NCBI GenBank assembly: GCA_963674705.1
Contig: OY771506.1
Location: forward strand, 384,001-448,000
Length of the DNA stretch: 64,000 bases
Direction of reading: 5' to 3'
DNA from: Phycisphaeraceae bacterium
GTDB lineage: Bacteria; Planctomycetota; Phycisphaerae; Phycisphaerales; Phycisphaeraceae
In this document: piece after piece, positions 51,517 to 62,351 of the stretch
Position numbering within the stretch: position 1 is the first letter of the stretch
How the letters are laid out: every line of letters starts with the position of its first letter
Program-made: the position numbers and the translations under genes
Notes under the pieces: model-generated
Told to the model about the DNA's origin: nothing
What the model saw: the letters and a program-made list of their open reading frames with translations, nothing else
Database searches by the model: none

Positions 51517-54500
51517 TCACCTGCGTGTCATAATCCACATCGCGGGTTGACGAGCATTTTTCAGCATAAACGGATAGCCAAGAAAGACGCTGTTGCTATC
51601 CAGCACCGCCCCGTACTTCCATTCGATATCGTGATCAAACCGCATATATGTTCGACCCTCGGTATCGAGAATATAACTATCCCGAGCAATCAGGTGATCA
51701 CGCACAATAATTGGCGTGGAATTGGATTTTAAAAGGTAATACCACGGCTCAATGTCGTATGGGAAGTCGTCGTATACGACAAAAGCATCGACTTGCGGAT
51801 CATATCTTAGAAATCCGTGTTCGAAGCTGCGGATTCCCACGATGTCTCCACGGAACCGCCACGTGTTGAAAACACTCTTCGAGTCTTGCACCCGTTTAAC
51901 GATTTGTGTCTTGAAGTCATATTGCCAGATGCCCTGCGATCCAACAGCAAAATTGCCCAGGACGGTAAACAGGCAACGGTTGAATTCCTCGACCGGCAAC
52001 AGATTCTCCACGTGATAAGGCGGCACACGATCCAGAGGTGTTTTTGCCTCCGCAGCAAGTGCATTCGTCAATGGAACAAGCGTCCCCGCTTCAGGATTGA
52101 AAAGTGACAACCCGTTGTCACTGCCCAGAAGCACCCGGTCACCCATCACAGCCAATGACCTGACGAACGCACCGGGGAGCCCCTGTTCCGGACCGAATTT
52201 AGAGGATGTGCCGTCACGTTCAGAAAACACAAGCAGCCCATCCACACCCCCAACGATAAGATGCTCGCCACACACAGCCATCTGAAAGCTCGGCTCATAA
52301 AAGACGCCTAGGGGCACAAGCTTGCCGCGACCGATCTCTGTCAGCTTCCCGCCCGATAAAGCACATCGTGTAAACACCCAGACATGTCTCTCCCGGGTTG
52401 CCCATGCGATATACAAAGCACGGTCTTTGTCACCATCTCCACCTGCCAGGTAATACGTATCCGGCCTGAGCATCTCATCGGTCATGCCCTCGACTTCTAT
52501 CGGTTTGGCGTCGTACAGGCCCCACGGGTTCGTGTCGTTGCGATGCGCGGCAATGTCATCGAACTTGCTTTGAAGTTTCGCAAGCGCTTCAAGCAGGTAC
52601 TTCTTATCGCTTAACCGATCTTCTTGACATTCGATTTGATCCAGCAATCGAACCGTGCGATTGAATCGACGTGCATGCATCTGCTCGTCGTCGCCGGTCT
52701 CGATCATCTGGGTAAGATCGCGGGAATACCAATTAAGCAGTGGATCGATAGACCGAGTCTTCTCAACTCGGTCCAAAAACCCATCAAACCAGCCCCCTAA
52801 CGCTCTGCGATTGTAGAGCAATAGAGTAGCTTCATCCGCGAGTTGGGGATAATACCCGTTGATACTAAGACCCACCTCGTCGTAGCCGGGATTGTGAAAT
52901 CCCTTGGTCTCGAATAGCAACCGCAACAACATATCCGCCGCGGCCGCCTGTTCATCCTCCGGGCCACATGACATCTTGTACCAATACGCCAGTATCCGAA
53001 GTCCCGAATCGTCCTGGGTCAGCATCCATTCAAACAACGGCTGGATTTCCTTGGAGCCGTACTTGATGCCAACCGCCTCCGGGTGATGTACGTAGTTCCA
53101 CCATTGCATCATGTGCTCGTGGAAAGGCATGACTGCGGGATCACCACCAAACCAGTCATCAGGCACGGATTCCTGCCTGATGCGTTGAATCAATGCTTTT
53201 GCCTGCTCGATATATGCTTCAGGCGTGCGGGCCGACCACGGCAGGGTTTCAAGACGAAAACGCAACAACGGTACGATACTCTCACCACGCTCTCGGCGGT
53301 CTATCGCTGCAAGCTCAAACCACTGATCGGTGACTCGGTCGATCCGATCGATCTCACGCCAATCCGCTTCCGTCCGAGCCATGGTGTATGCAACGTCATA
53401 ATGGATCGGGTTCAGCCTGCTTGTGTTGCGGAATTCACGGCGCTTGCTTGGATCGCGCGTGATTGCAAACTTGATCTCGTGGTGCCTGCGTATCGCATGA
53501 ATCGCGCGTTCGGCCTCCAAGGGCGGCTCGACATATATACCACTTACGCCAAGCTGGTAGTAGATCCACCACGCTTGATCTAACTTATCTAGTGAACCGT
53601 CAATCAATAACGCCGCTTCGGTGCGCCCTTCCGCGTCCTTGTAATCCTGATGCATGACACGCCAGTAGGTACGCGCAAGGATCGCCGCCGCTTCGTCGGG
53701 CCCGGCTTGCACCGCCTCGGTGGATTCAACCATCTTCATGTGCTTGCGGATATGTTCACTTGAAATCGCACGCAACGCCTTGATGTCGATGTCTGTGGCA
53801 CCGGAATCGAGTGTGATTGATTCTTCTTTGCCAGGCTCCGACACAATAATGGATAATGCCACACGCTTGCCATCGTCCACCGGCCGTAATTCCCCCTCGA
53901 TCACCACCGCCGCCCCGACGGCTGCGCCCCCACCACCTGCCAGTTGATTCTCCCGTTGAATCTGCGCTAACTGCTCACGCTCGACAATACGTACACGAGG
54001 GATCGCCTGCAGATCGGCGCGGATCAATGGACCAAGCTGACTCGCCACCGGCTTAAGCTGATCGATGTCTGCCGCTGCGGAGACACCCATGACTGAGACA
54101 TACACCATGTCCTCGGCGGAGACACGTACCTTCTCTAGTGCCCGGGCAAGGGTAGATCGAAGCGTGGGCATGAAAGCATCGGGCTTCCTCTTTTGCACAA
54201 GTGATTCCGCGATGACCACACCATGCACCGTGTCCATCACGCGTGCCTGAAGGAATTGCTCGTTAGGCTCAAGTATCAAAAGCGCATCGGCGCGTAAGGC
54301 CTTGCCCAATGCCAATGCCGAGTTAGGATCAGACATGGCGCTTAAAGATAATGCCTGCTCATCCAACACACGGTCAAACTCGGTTCTTTCAACCGCCTCA
54401 GCATGCAACTCCGGAAGTAACAGCACCGCCTCTGCCTCAGCAGCTAATGACGCTTCGTCATTGCCTTGCAATAAAATCACGCCCACTCGCAACGTGTCCG

Positions 54501-54630
54501 TTTCACGCTGCTGGGCATGAACCGATTGTGTGACAGCCAACAACACGCTCAGCACCAGCAGGCCTGTTATGCAACCAAACTTCTGCTCGATTCCCGTTAT
54601 CCATATCTTGTACATACGCTTGCCCTTCAC
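51517..54630 (-). CDS. Large exported protein: two CsgG-like domains, helical region, beta-propeller
   Basis: VERTEFDRVLDEQAL...LGKALRADALL; VEREQLAQIQRENQL; QGLPGAFVRSL propeller motif. Confidence 0.75.
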   Translation of the reverse strand: MKGKRMYKIWITGIEQKFGCITGLLVLSVLLAVTQSVHAQQRETDTLRVGVILLQGNDEASLAAEAEAVLLLPELHAEAVERTEFDRVLDEQALSLSAMSDPNSALALGKALRADALLILEPNEQFLQARVMDTVHGVVIAESLVQKRKPDAFMPTLRSTLARALEKVRVSAEDMVYVSVMGVSAAADIDQLKPVASQLGPLIRADLQAIPRVRIVEREQLAQIQRENQLAGGGGAAVGAAVVIEGELRPVDDGKRVALSIIVSEPGKEESITLDSGATDIDIKALRAISSEHIRKHMKMVESTEAVQAGPDEAAAILARTYWRVMHQDYKDAEGRTEAALLIDGSLDKLDQAWWIYYQLGVSGIYVEPPLEAERAIHAIRRHHEIKFAITRDPSKRREFRNTSRLNPIHYDVAYTMARTEADWREIDRIDRVTDQWFELAAIDRRERGESIVPLLRFRLETLPWSARTPEAYIEQAKALIQRIRQESVPDDWFGGDPAVMPFHEHMMQWWNYVHHPEAVGIKYGSKEIQPLFEWMLTQDDSGLRILAYWYKMSCGPEDEQAAAADMLLRLLFETKGFHNPGYDEVGLSINGYYPQLADEATLLLYNRRALGGWFDGFLDRVEKTRSIDPLLNWYSRDLTQMIETGDDEQMHARRFNRTVRLLDQIECQEDRLSDKKYLLEALAKLQSKFDDIAAHRNDTNPWGLYDAKPIEVEGMTDEMLRPDTYYLAGGDGDKDRALYIAWATRERHVWVFTRCALSGGKLTEIGRGKLVPLGVFYEPSFQMAVCGEHLIVGGVDGLLVFSERDGTSSKFGPEQGLPGAFVRSLAVMGDRVLLGSDNGLSLFNPEAGTLVPLTNALAAEAKTPLDRVPPYHVENLLPVEEFNRCLFTVLGNFAVGSQGIWQYDFKTQIVKRVQDSKSVFNTWRFRGDIVGIRSFEHGFLRYDPQVDAFVVYDDFPYDIEPWYYLLKSNSTPIIVRDHLIARDSYILDTEGRTYMRFDHDIEWKYGAVLDSNSVFLGYPFMLKNARQPAMWIMTRR

Positions 54631-57600
54631 TGACTGCCTACGTACATATACGCCTCAAGCAACCGGCGCACCTGTTCATCCTTTGCAACGTCGATCGCCC
54701 GCTTGCCGTCCTCGTCGGCTAGTTTCGGATCGGCGCCCAGGCGGAGCAATAGCTTCACCTCGTCGGCACTTCCACGCTCGGCCGCACTCATCAGGGCGGT
54801 GCGACCTCTCCATCCATAAGGCACATCAATTGAGTAACCCTTGCTGACAAGATCGATCGCACGATCAAAGTGTGCCATATACACAAACGCGCTGGCGATC
54901 AGATCGCCTTGGCGATGATCGTCGACGGGCTGGTCAAGATTGATCCCCTTTTCATTGAGCATCCAGTCATACATTTCAAACTGCCGCTTGTAGACAGCCC
55001 ACGCTGCGGGTGTGGTTCCAGCATCCAAACGATACAGTTCGAGTTTCATCCGCATCGTGCCGTCATCAAAAAACGGCGTATCGATGTGGATCCCGGTATC
55101 CAATAATTGCTCTACCAGTTCCTTGGATCCAAGAGAGATAGCAGCAAGAACCAGTTCGGGCGCATAAGACTTGTCCCGCGGCCCGGCCTCGATCAGGCGC
55201 TCGGCTAATTTCGTGTCGCCGATGTATAACGCATAACTCACAGGCGTTAATCCGTTGAAGTCCTTATCAGCCGTGTTTGCGCCGGCTTCTAAAAGGCGCG
55301 ACACCGTTTGCTCGTGACCTAGCAGGATCGCGTACGCCAGGGGCGGCACCTCGCCCTTCGCGCTGACGGATGGATTGGCCCCGGCTTCCAAAAGCATCTT
55401 GATCGCCCGTTCATCGTTCTGCCTGATCGCAATCATCAATGGGCGGAAGCGTATGAATTCAAAGTGAGACCCGGGCCCGTCGAACGGCTCGCTGATACCT
55501 TCACGTAACGCATCGATCGGTGCATCATGTTCAAGCAACCAGCGCATCGCTTCATAAGATCGTGGCAGCGTCGCCGCGTGCAACGCCTGACCAAAGGATG
55601 GGCTTTTGTATTCCAGCTTTGCATCATAAGCGTATAGCAGGTCCAGCAGGTCCGTCCGATCTTTCATCGCTGCCAGGATGACCGCGTTGTAATAGGGTTC
55701 TTGCTGCGAAACGCTGTTGGGATCAACGCCCGATTCCAGCAGGAACCGTACCGTCTGAACGCTGCCGCCCCGGATCGCTGCAAACAACAACATGCTTCCA
55801 GACGCGGGCGATCCTTCATCGAATAGCCGGCCTTCCGCTTTTCGTTGCTGCAATGCATCGATGTCGCCGCGGTATGCATCCATGACAGCCGCCACATCGT
55901 CTGGTTGCTCGACCGCAGCCGCGTCAAGTTTCAGTCGGTCAATGATAGTGTTGTCAATACCCAACGCCGACGAATACCTGGATAGATCATACTCCGTCAC
56001 AGAGCTGTTGTTACCGAGCTTGGTGACGGCATACAGTTTGTCGTAACGGCTGGTCAACGTTGTGATCTGGCCATCCACCTGCCACTGCCCGGCAACGCGG
56101 CCGCTGTCTGGAAGCCAGACGACAACCTGCGATACATGGTTCAGCTTCTTGTCGGGCGGATGCATGCCAAATACCGGCTTTGGCTTCAACGGCTCCGGCA
56201 CTTCCCAGCTATAACCAAACCACACAACAGGCCCATCATCCCGGATGATGACTTGCTGCAAGGGCGGGATCGGCGTCGGCCAAACGTGCATGGCTTGCAG
56301 GTCCGCATCGATCCTCACCAGCTTGTCGATATACATCACCCAGAAGTGCTGCCCCGATGCCCGGACCCAGACCGGATCACCCGATGCATTAATCGATTCG
56401 GCATGTTCTGCCAGCCAGCCAGCCACCGCCACAACTCGCCCGGAATCCAGATCAAACCAATACCCACCGCCCTCTTCATACAGCACACAATGCCCCGCGA
56501 CGCCGACAAGCTTGCGTAATTCCTTCGCCTTATCGGGAAACGGTACGTGCAGCGCCTGGATCGTCGGCGTATCCGCCTCCAGTTCCGAGATCAGTGTGAG
56601 TTGCTGATGGGTGTCTTCGACAAGTAAACGATCACCTATCAGGTGTAGCGATGAGAGGTGGCGTGATGATATACCGTCATCGCCTGTAAACACGCGATAG
56701 GAGCCGGTCTTCAGATCGTACCGAACCAATCCCTCCTGCCCGGTCGCCAGCCAGAGATAGCCCGCATGACTGACCGCATCAACCTGGTAGAACGTATCGG
56801 GCAATTTTCTGTCGACCAGTTGTGTCGTAAATCCAACCGGCCAAAGCGACAGGATATGGCGCTTACGAAGCGGTACAATATTGCTGTAGTACCCCTGATT
56901 ATGATCGGCGATACCCAGCAGGCGATCGCCGGCCCAGGTAATATTGGTGAATTCGAGATCGGGATTGTTTCTCCCGCCCAGTTGTGCCGTATCATCCTTA
57001 TCAAAACAGAATGTCAACGGCAGCCCGACCGCATCAATCGTCGGCGCATCCGGATGTTTCGGAATAAAAGGTGCTGCCTCGTCGGGGTCCTGATACCTGG
57101 CATCCGACAAGCGAGCGCTCTGGTCAAGCCGCTGCCTCATCTGCTCCGGCAGCGTCTTATCCTCGATTAACCTTTTTATCCGGTCAGACCGGGATTCCGT
57201 CTGAGGTACTTCACGCCGGCCATTCTTAAGACGGTCCTGCTCAGCACGCGGACGCAACTTGTGTTGTGTTTGTAGCGTCACAACTTCCCGCAGCAATGCA
57301 TCGTAATCAACCGGCTGTTCATCACGACCCATCGAAGATACGTACTCACTGCCCGCCGACAATGCATGATCCGCTACAGCATTATGGTTGGTGTATGGGG
57401 CATACTTTTGCTCGAAACGATCTGATAGCCCTGCCCGGGTAAAAAAGTCTGAGACGGCGTTCACCACCTTGCTGTCGCTTTTGCTGTAAAGCTCTCGTGG
57501 CATGGAATAGTCCCGAACCCAGCGTTCTTCGATAATGGGCCACCACAATTCCCATGCTTCAACCCGGCTTGCCGGGCTCGCCTGATCCAGATTGACGATC

Positions 57601-59405
57601 ATCTCGGTAATCTCTCGATCGATAAAGCCGTGGAGTCTGAGTCTGTTCGCTTCTTGGGATTGTTGAGATTCCGGCACCTCCGCGGCCAAGGCCTGAACCT
57701 CTTTACCCAGCGAGATCAATTCTGAAACGATCTGTTCATGAACCGATCGCCTCGCATCTTCAGGCATGTCCGTCGGCAGACCCAGGCGCGGTATCCTCAG
57801 TTCCTGCGTAAAACCGTTGGCCCGGACCCAATTGTTGCTGACACCGCGGCTATCGCCCTCACACGATTTGTACATTAATTGCAAAACGTTGATTTTGCGA
57901 TCGATACTCCAGAAACTCACATTAATATGTCTGCCTTGTCTTCGCTCCCCGGTGAAGTGGTTGTATGCATACACACCGTGTCTGCGTATCACACGGTTGA
58001 CCAGGCCCAGCGATCGACGCAGATACAGCCACGGCTGATCCACCCCGGTGGCCGGGTAAAACTGTGTAAGTTCCTCACCGATGCCGCCATGTTCCGGGTC
58101 CAGAAACCACGCAAGATACAACCGGTCTCGATAGAGCATAAACCGCCTGACCGCCCAGCTATCCGGATCATCCGCCGTGCTGACACGCAACTTCTCCCCA
58201 GATTCGCGCAGCAGGCTGATCATTTCATCACGGCTCTTAAGCGACACCTTGTCGGGCAACTCGCCTTGCACGACCTGCCACGCCCGTGTGCTTGCACGCT
58301 CAACCGCCTGATCGATATCCCGGGCAGCAGATGTCTCCGTCACTTCGACCGGGTCGCCCAGGCCGTGCCAGAGCATCAACGTCAGCTTCACCTTGATGTC
58401 TTGCGGATCGATCTGGATAGCTGTGTTCTGCGGGTTCTCAGGATTGATCGGGTCCTGTTCTTCGATCAGGCCCCACATGTAATAGTCCGCGGCCCTCTGC
58501 CACGCATCGACATCACCTGCCGAAAGACCGATCAGCATCAATTCCTGTTCATCCATTGCAAGCGTCGGGTCGTGCAGCCGAACCAGGCGCACCTCCGGAT
58601 CGTTCGCCGCCAACTCCGACAGACGCTGCGGCAAGGTAAACTCAAGATGATCCAGGCGATCGTTAACACTGACATTCCTGAAAAACAGCAGCGACACGAT
58701 GCGGGCGTCGCGCGCTTCGACAAGCCTTTGATGCGCCTCGCCTAGCATGGACCTCACGTCTTCGGCCAACGCTTGCACGCGCGCACTGCTGACCCGGTTC
58801 AGACTGTTTAACGATTGCTCAAACGGGACCCGTTTCTTCACGATACGCTCAGCTGTCGTCGTATCGACCACCGACAGCTCCAGCGACTGCGTTGGCTCGC
58901 CGACATCAACAAACCGGCCCGACACGATCAGGTGCGCTTTGAGCCATCGCCCCAGCTCCAAACGGTCCGCCGGGTTGGATGTGGCGAATAATCCCAGCTC
59001 ATGCTCTTCACGGACCCGCGCGATCTCGCTGCGATCCACAAAAAGATAGGCCTTGTCATCCGCCAGGAACTGACGGACCAATTCAGAAATACCGATGGCG
59101 GTCTGCTCGCCAAGATACGTGTCACGATCGACACCAAAATCGAGCACCGCGACCGTCGGCCTGTCCGGATACGCAGGCCTCTTCTGACGCTCGATCGGCG
59201 GTTGCTCGGCATGCCTGCTCATCACCAGTGGCGCAGCGGGATCGCGTTTTGCGAACGGCGAGGTCGTTGTGGTTCTGGGTGCAGATCGCTTGGGAAAGCC
59301 GTACTTCTTGATTGAGTCGGCGTTGTAGTAGAGGCTCAGAACCGCGATGGTAAAAAAAGCCACTGCAATGCACAGCTTGATCCATTGCCAGCGACTACTG
59401 AGCAT
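54627..59405 (-). CDS. Very large membrane-anchored protein: two CsgG-like domains, propeller, ankyrin repeats
   Basis: VAVLDF...VDRSEIARVREEHEL...LGRWLKAHLIVSG; TALMSAA/LLEAGA ankyrin repeats at the C-terminus. Confidence 0.8.
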   Translation of the reverse strand: MLSSRWQWIKLCIAVAFFTIAVLSLYYNADSIKKYGFPKRSAPRTTTTSPFAKRDPAAPLVMSRHAEQPPIERQKRPAYPDRPTVAVLDFGVDRDTYLGEQTAIGISELVRQFLADDKAYLFVDRSEIARVREEHELGLFATSNPADRLELGRWLKAHLIVSGRFVDVGEPTQSLELSVVDTTTAERIVKKRVPFEQSLNSLNRVSSARVQALAEDVRSMLGEAHQRLVEARDARIVSLLFFRNVSVNDRLDHLEFTLPQRLSELAANDPEVRLVRLHDPTLAMDEQELMLIGLSAGDVDAWQRAADYYMWGLIEEQDPINPENPQNTAIQIDPQDIKVKLTLMLWHGLGDPVEVTETSAARDIDQAVERASTRAWQVVQGELPDKVSLKSRDEMISLLRESGEKLRVSTADDPDSWAVRRFMLYRDRLYLAWFLDPEHGGIGEELTQFYPATGVDQPWLYLRRSLGLVNRVIRRHGVYAYNHFTGERRQGRHINVSFWSIDRKINVLQLMYKSCEGDSRGVSNNWVRANGFTQELRIPRLGLPTDMPEDARRSVHEQIVSELISLGKEVQALAAEVPESQQSQEANRLRLHGFIDREITEMIVNLDQASPASRVEAWELWWPIIEERWVRDYSMPRELYSKSDSKVVNAVSDFFTRAGLSDRFEQKYAPYTNHNAVADHALSAGSEYVSSMGRDEQPVDYDALLREVVTLQTQHKLRPRAEQDRLKNGRREVPQTESRSDRIKRLIEDKTLPEQMRQRLDQSARLSDARYQDPDEAAPFIPKHPDAPTIDAVGLPLTFCFDKDDTAQLGGRNNPDLEFTNITWAGDRLLGIADHNQGYYSNIVPLRKRHILSLWPVGFTTQLVDRKLPDTFYQVDAVSHAGYLWLATGQEGLVRYDLKTGSYRVFTGDDGISSRHLSSLHLIGDRLLVEDTHQQLTLISELEADTPTIQALHVPFPDKAKELRKLVGVAGHCVLYEEGGGYWFDLDSGRVVAVAGWLAEHAESINASGDPVWVRASGQHFWVMYIDKLVRIDADLQAMHVWPTPIPPLQQVIIRDDGPVVWFGYSWEVPEPLKPKPVFGMHPPDKKLNHVSQVVVWLPDSGRVAGQWQVDGQITTLTSRYDKLYAVTKLGNNSSVTEYDLSRYSSALGIDNTIIDRLKLDAAAVEQPDDVAAVMDAYRGDIDALQQRKAEGRLFDEGSPASGSMLLFAAIRGGSVQTVRFLLESGVDPNSVSQQEPYYNAVILAAMKDRTDLLDLLYAYDAKLEYKSPSFGQALHAATLPRSYEAMRWLLEHDAPIDALREGISEPFDGPGSHFEFIRFRPLMIAIRQNDERAIKMLLEAGANPSVSAKGEVPPLAYAILLGHEQTVSRLLEAGANTADKDFNGLTPVSYALYIGDTKLAERLIEAGPRDKSYAPELVLAAISLGSKELVEQLLDTGIHIDTPFFDDGTMRMKLELYRLDAGTTPAAWAVYKRQFEMYDWMLNEKGINLDQPVDDHRQGDLIASAFVYMAHFDRAIDLVSKGYSIDVPYGWRGRTALMSAAERGSADEVKLLLRLGADPKLADEDGKRAIDVAKDEQVRRLLEAYMYVGSQ

Positions 59406-60465
59406 CGTCGCCTGCCTCGGTAGAATCGACCAGGTACCTCAGCAAACGCTCGCCGATGATGCGCCCGCCCTTTTGCAGCGCTGTCTTGCCTGCGATCTCG
59501 TCGGCCAGGTCCACCGCGCGGGTTGTCGCGCGATCCGCGTGAACGATCCGCCCGTCTTTGCGTGCGATCGCGTTGATCTCGACTCGTGCAGACGCCAGAC
59601 GCAAGTCCCCCATCGAGCCGGCCGATTCGCTGAACGCTTCGCCGACGATAATCACGTTCACCCCTTCCAACGTGCGGGGCCACGCCGGATTGCCACCCGC
59701 TGCATATTGCTCAACCCAGTCCGCCAGCGCGTTGTCCTTGACATCGCGCACATCCGCACCGGCATTGATCAGCAGCATCTTCAATTCGGTCTCTACCGCC
59801 GGGTCCGGCGGAACCACGGGCGCCGGACCGCTGCGGTGCTCCTCCGGGATCACCACCGCAAAGACGGGTAACTCCCGGCCCTTCAGTTGTTCAATCAACG
59901 CCGGGATCGGATCGACCGGGTCCGGTGACGCGATCAAGGCCGGCCCCTTCGCGATGATCTTTTCCGTCAACTTCTCAACCAACTCAAACACCATCGCATC
60001 CAAGGGGGCATCAAGCTCGCCCTTCACCAGCACGCCTTCAACCAGCGTCGTTTCCGTGCCGATGACCTTCGCGGTCAGCATCCGGCTTTCACCCAGTTCA
60101 AACACCTTGCCGGTCACCAGCAATTTCGCGCCGACCACCCGGCCGACCTTCAACGCGTTCTGTGTATCCGTCACGCCGGACAGGTTGATCCCCTGCTCGC
60201 TGAGCGTGTGCATCAATGAGCTGCGGTCCACGATCCGAAAATGCCCCGTACCCGAGAGCATGACTTCGATCGTGTCGTTGACCATTTCGCCTATCTGCCC
60301 CGCCTCGTTGCCGGGCGCATCAAAACCGAGCACCGCCACGGGGATATCCGTCGGTGCCGCGGTCGGCTCGGCCGCCTCCTCCTGGGCCCGCGCGACCGAA
60401 CTAACCAGAATCACGCAAAGCAGCAGGCTCAGAAGTACTCGGCTGATATTAAGATGCGATTCCAT
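59395..60465 (-). CDS. CsgG/FlgO-like domain exported protein
   Basis: GGAGAGG RBS; signal peptide; VAVLGF...IVDRSSL...EQ...VGRVVGAKLLVTG. Confidence 0.82.
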   Translation of the reverse strand: MESHLNISRVLLSLLLCVILVSSVARAQEEAAEPTAAPTDIPVAVLGFDAPGNEAGQIGEMVNDTIEVMLSGTGHFRIVDRSSLMHTLSEQGINLSGVTDTQNALKVGRVVGAKLLVTGKVFELGESRMLTAKVIGTETTLVEGVLVKGELDAPLDAMVFELVEKLTEKIIAKGPALIASPDPVDPIPALIEQLKGRELPVFAVVIPEEHRSGPAPVVPPDPAVETELKMLLINAGADVRDVKDNALADWVEQYAAGGNPAWPRTLEGVNVIIVGEAFSESAGSMGDLRLASARVEINAIARKDGRIVHADRATTRAVDLADEIAGKTALQKGGRIIGERLLRYLVDSTEAGDDAQ

Positions 60466-60850
60466 GAATGCCTCTCCGGATCGGGTGTATGACAGGTACA
60501 TCACAACAGGACCCTATCTCGGTGATTCGTACTTGAGCCATTCTAAACGCTCCATCAGCCGGACCCAATCCCGAGTTCCGGCCGTCAAGCACGGCACCGG
60601 CGACTCCGGGACTATCAGACCGTCGCACCGAATGTGGGATCTTCTACACACTGCGTCCCCCGGAAAACGCAGGATGCAAAAAAACGGGCGACGGCCGGAC
60701 CTCGGTATCAGGTCTCACCCTGTATGACGTCAAACCCCACGTGGATTTTACGACCCGGGGCAAATTCGCTTTATAATCCCGAAAAAGGGGTTAATTCGCC
60801 CCTGAACCCTGCCGGGGGTAAAAAATCCCGAAGCGCCGACGTCTTACAGG

Positions 60851-61411
60851 TTGAGGCCGTTGCCGATATTTGACGGGAGCCGAGACATTAACGATCCGTG
60901 GAAACAATCGATTGTCGAACGTGCGCGTTGTGATGGCCTCACGCATTTTCGCATCGCCCAGCGGATCGTCGGTGACCCGGCCGAAGCCGAGGACATCTGC
61001 CAGTACGCCTACCTCAAGGCGCTGACCGCACAGGACACGATCCGCGATCCCGAAAAACTCACCGGCTGGCTGACACGCGTCATCGTCAATCAAAGCCTGG
61101 ACATCCTCAGGAAGCGCAAAAGACAACGTGATGCCAAAGAAGAACACAACGCCATCGCATGGCAGAAAGCAAACGCCAACAACCCTCATGATCTGGTAGA
61201 CAATCGTGAATACATCGCCTCGATGCTGGAAAGACTGGATGAGCCGATCAGGACCGTCGTGGTCATGCGGACCATGCAGGGACTGTCAGGCAACGAGGTG
61301 AAACAGGCCTTGGGCTGTAGCGCGGGATTGGTATCCACCCGGCTGCACCAGGGCCTCGAACTGCTCAGGCAGTGGATGACCGAGGACGACGGGAAGGAAG
61401 CAAGACGATGA
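60851..61411 (+). CDS. ECF RNA polymerase sigma factor
   Basis: AEDICQYAYL, WLTRVIVNQSLD and VSTRLHQG motifs; TTG start uncertain. Confidence 0.9.
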   Translation: MRPLPIFDGSRDINDPWKQSIVERARCDGLTHFRIAQRIVGDPAEAEDICQYAYLKALTAQDTIRDPEKLTGWLTRVIVNQSLDILRKRKRQRDAKEEHNAIAWQKANANNPHDLVDNREYIASMLERLDEPIRTVVVMRTMQGLSGNEVKQALGCSAGLVSTRLHQGLELLRQWMTEDDGKEARR

Positions 61412-62283
61412 ATGAATCCATTTCCCATGATGATGCGATTCGGCTGATCCTCAACCTTGATATGGATCAGGCTGAACTTAAACAGCTTGAACAAGCGCTG
61501 TCGCGGTTGCACACCGACGATACGCTCGCCCAACGTCTGGAAGAACTGCAACGGCTCAAACAAGCGCTTGCCGCGCCCGATCAGATGCTGGATGAACCGG
61601 CAGGCGGCGCCGAGTTGTTCCAGCAACGACTGATCAACAAGATTGAAAAGACACCTGTAACACCAAAGCAACACCGGCCGGCTTTTGTTGGCCGATTCAT
61701 CACCGGGTTCGCAGGCGGACTGGCCGCGGCGGCAGTCTTGCTCGTCGGGATGCTCAGCACCGGCTGGTGGACCGACGCCGACAACATCAACCCACAAAAC
61801 ACTGTCAACGCAATCGATTCCTCCGTCTGGCTGCCCAAAGACCCCGAACAGCAACGCGCCCTGCTGGCGCAACTCGCCGGGTTCTACGACGGCCGCGCAG
61901 GCTGGTACGCCGTCACGGGTCAGGATGCACGCATGGGACTCGCCGACCACCCGATCGATACGTCCGAACCCCTCGTCACCCGCTTATCACTCGAAGCCCC
62001 CGATGGAAGCATCATCCGCACCGACCTCGTCCTGTTCCCCGGCCAGGACATCACCCTCGAAGTCCCACGCCCCGACGGTCCACCCGTCCGCTATTCCATC
62101 AAGGTCAACCCACCACACAACGGCTACAACACCATGCGGCTGAAACTCACCGTCAGCATGGACGACGGCCCATCCATGACCACGGAAATCCCGCTCACAG
62201 GCAACACCGTCAAAGAAGTCGGCAGACTACTCACCGACCAAGGCCAATACCAACTACGCCTCGGTCTCGCAGACGCGTCCTGA
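61408..62283 (+). CDS. Single-TM putative anti-sigma factor
   Basis: ATGA overlap with the sigma stop; one TM helix and an extracytoplasmic C-terminus. Confidence 0.7.
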   Translation: MNESISHDDAIRLILNLDMDQAELKQLEQALSRLHTDDTLAQRLEELQRLKQALAAPDQMLDEPAGGAELFQQRLINKIEKTPVTPKQHRPAFVGRFITGFAGGLAAAAVLLVGMLSTGWWTDADNINPQNTVNAIDSSVWLPKDPEQQRALLAQLAGFYDGRAGWYAVTGQDARMGLADHPIDTSEPLVTRLSLEAPDGSIIRTDLVLFPGQDITLEVPRPDGPPVRYSIKVNPPHNGYNTMRLKLTVSMDDGPSMTTEIPLTGNTVKEVGRLLTDQGQYQLRLGLADAS

Positions 62284-62351
62284 TCACACACGACATCCAC
62301 GCCACCGTGCGACCAGAATTAATCTTTTTACTTCGCCACGATTCACCGTCA

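Noticed and set aside
59395..60465. Curli biogenesis locus
   Set aside because: No curlin-repeat CsgA/B or CsgE/F, and no lipobox cysteine at the predicted cleavage site.
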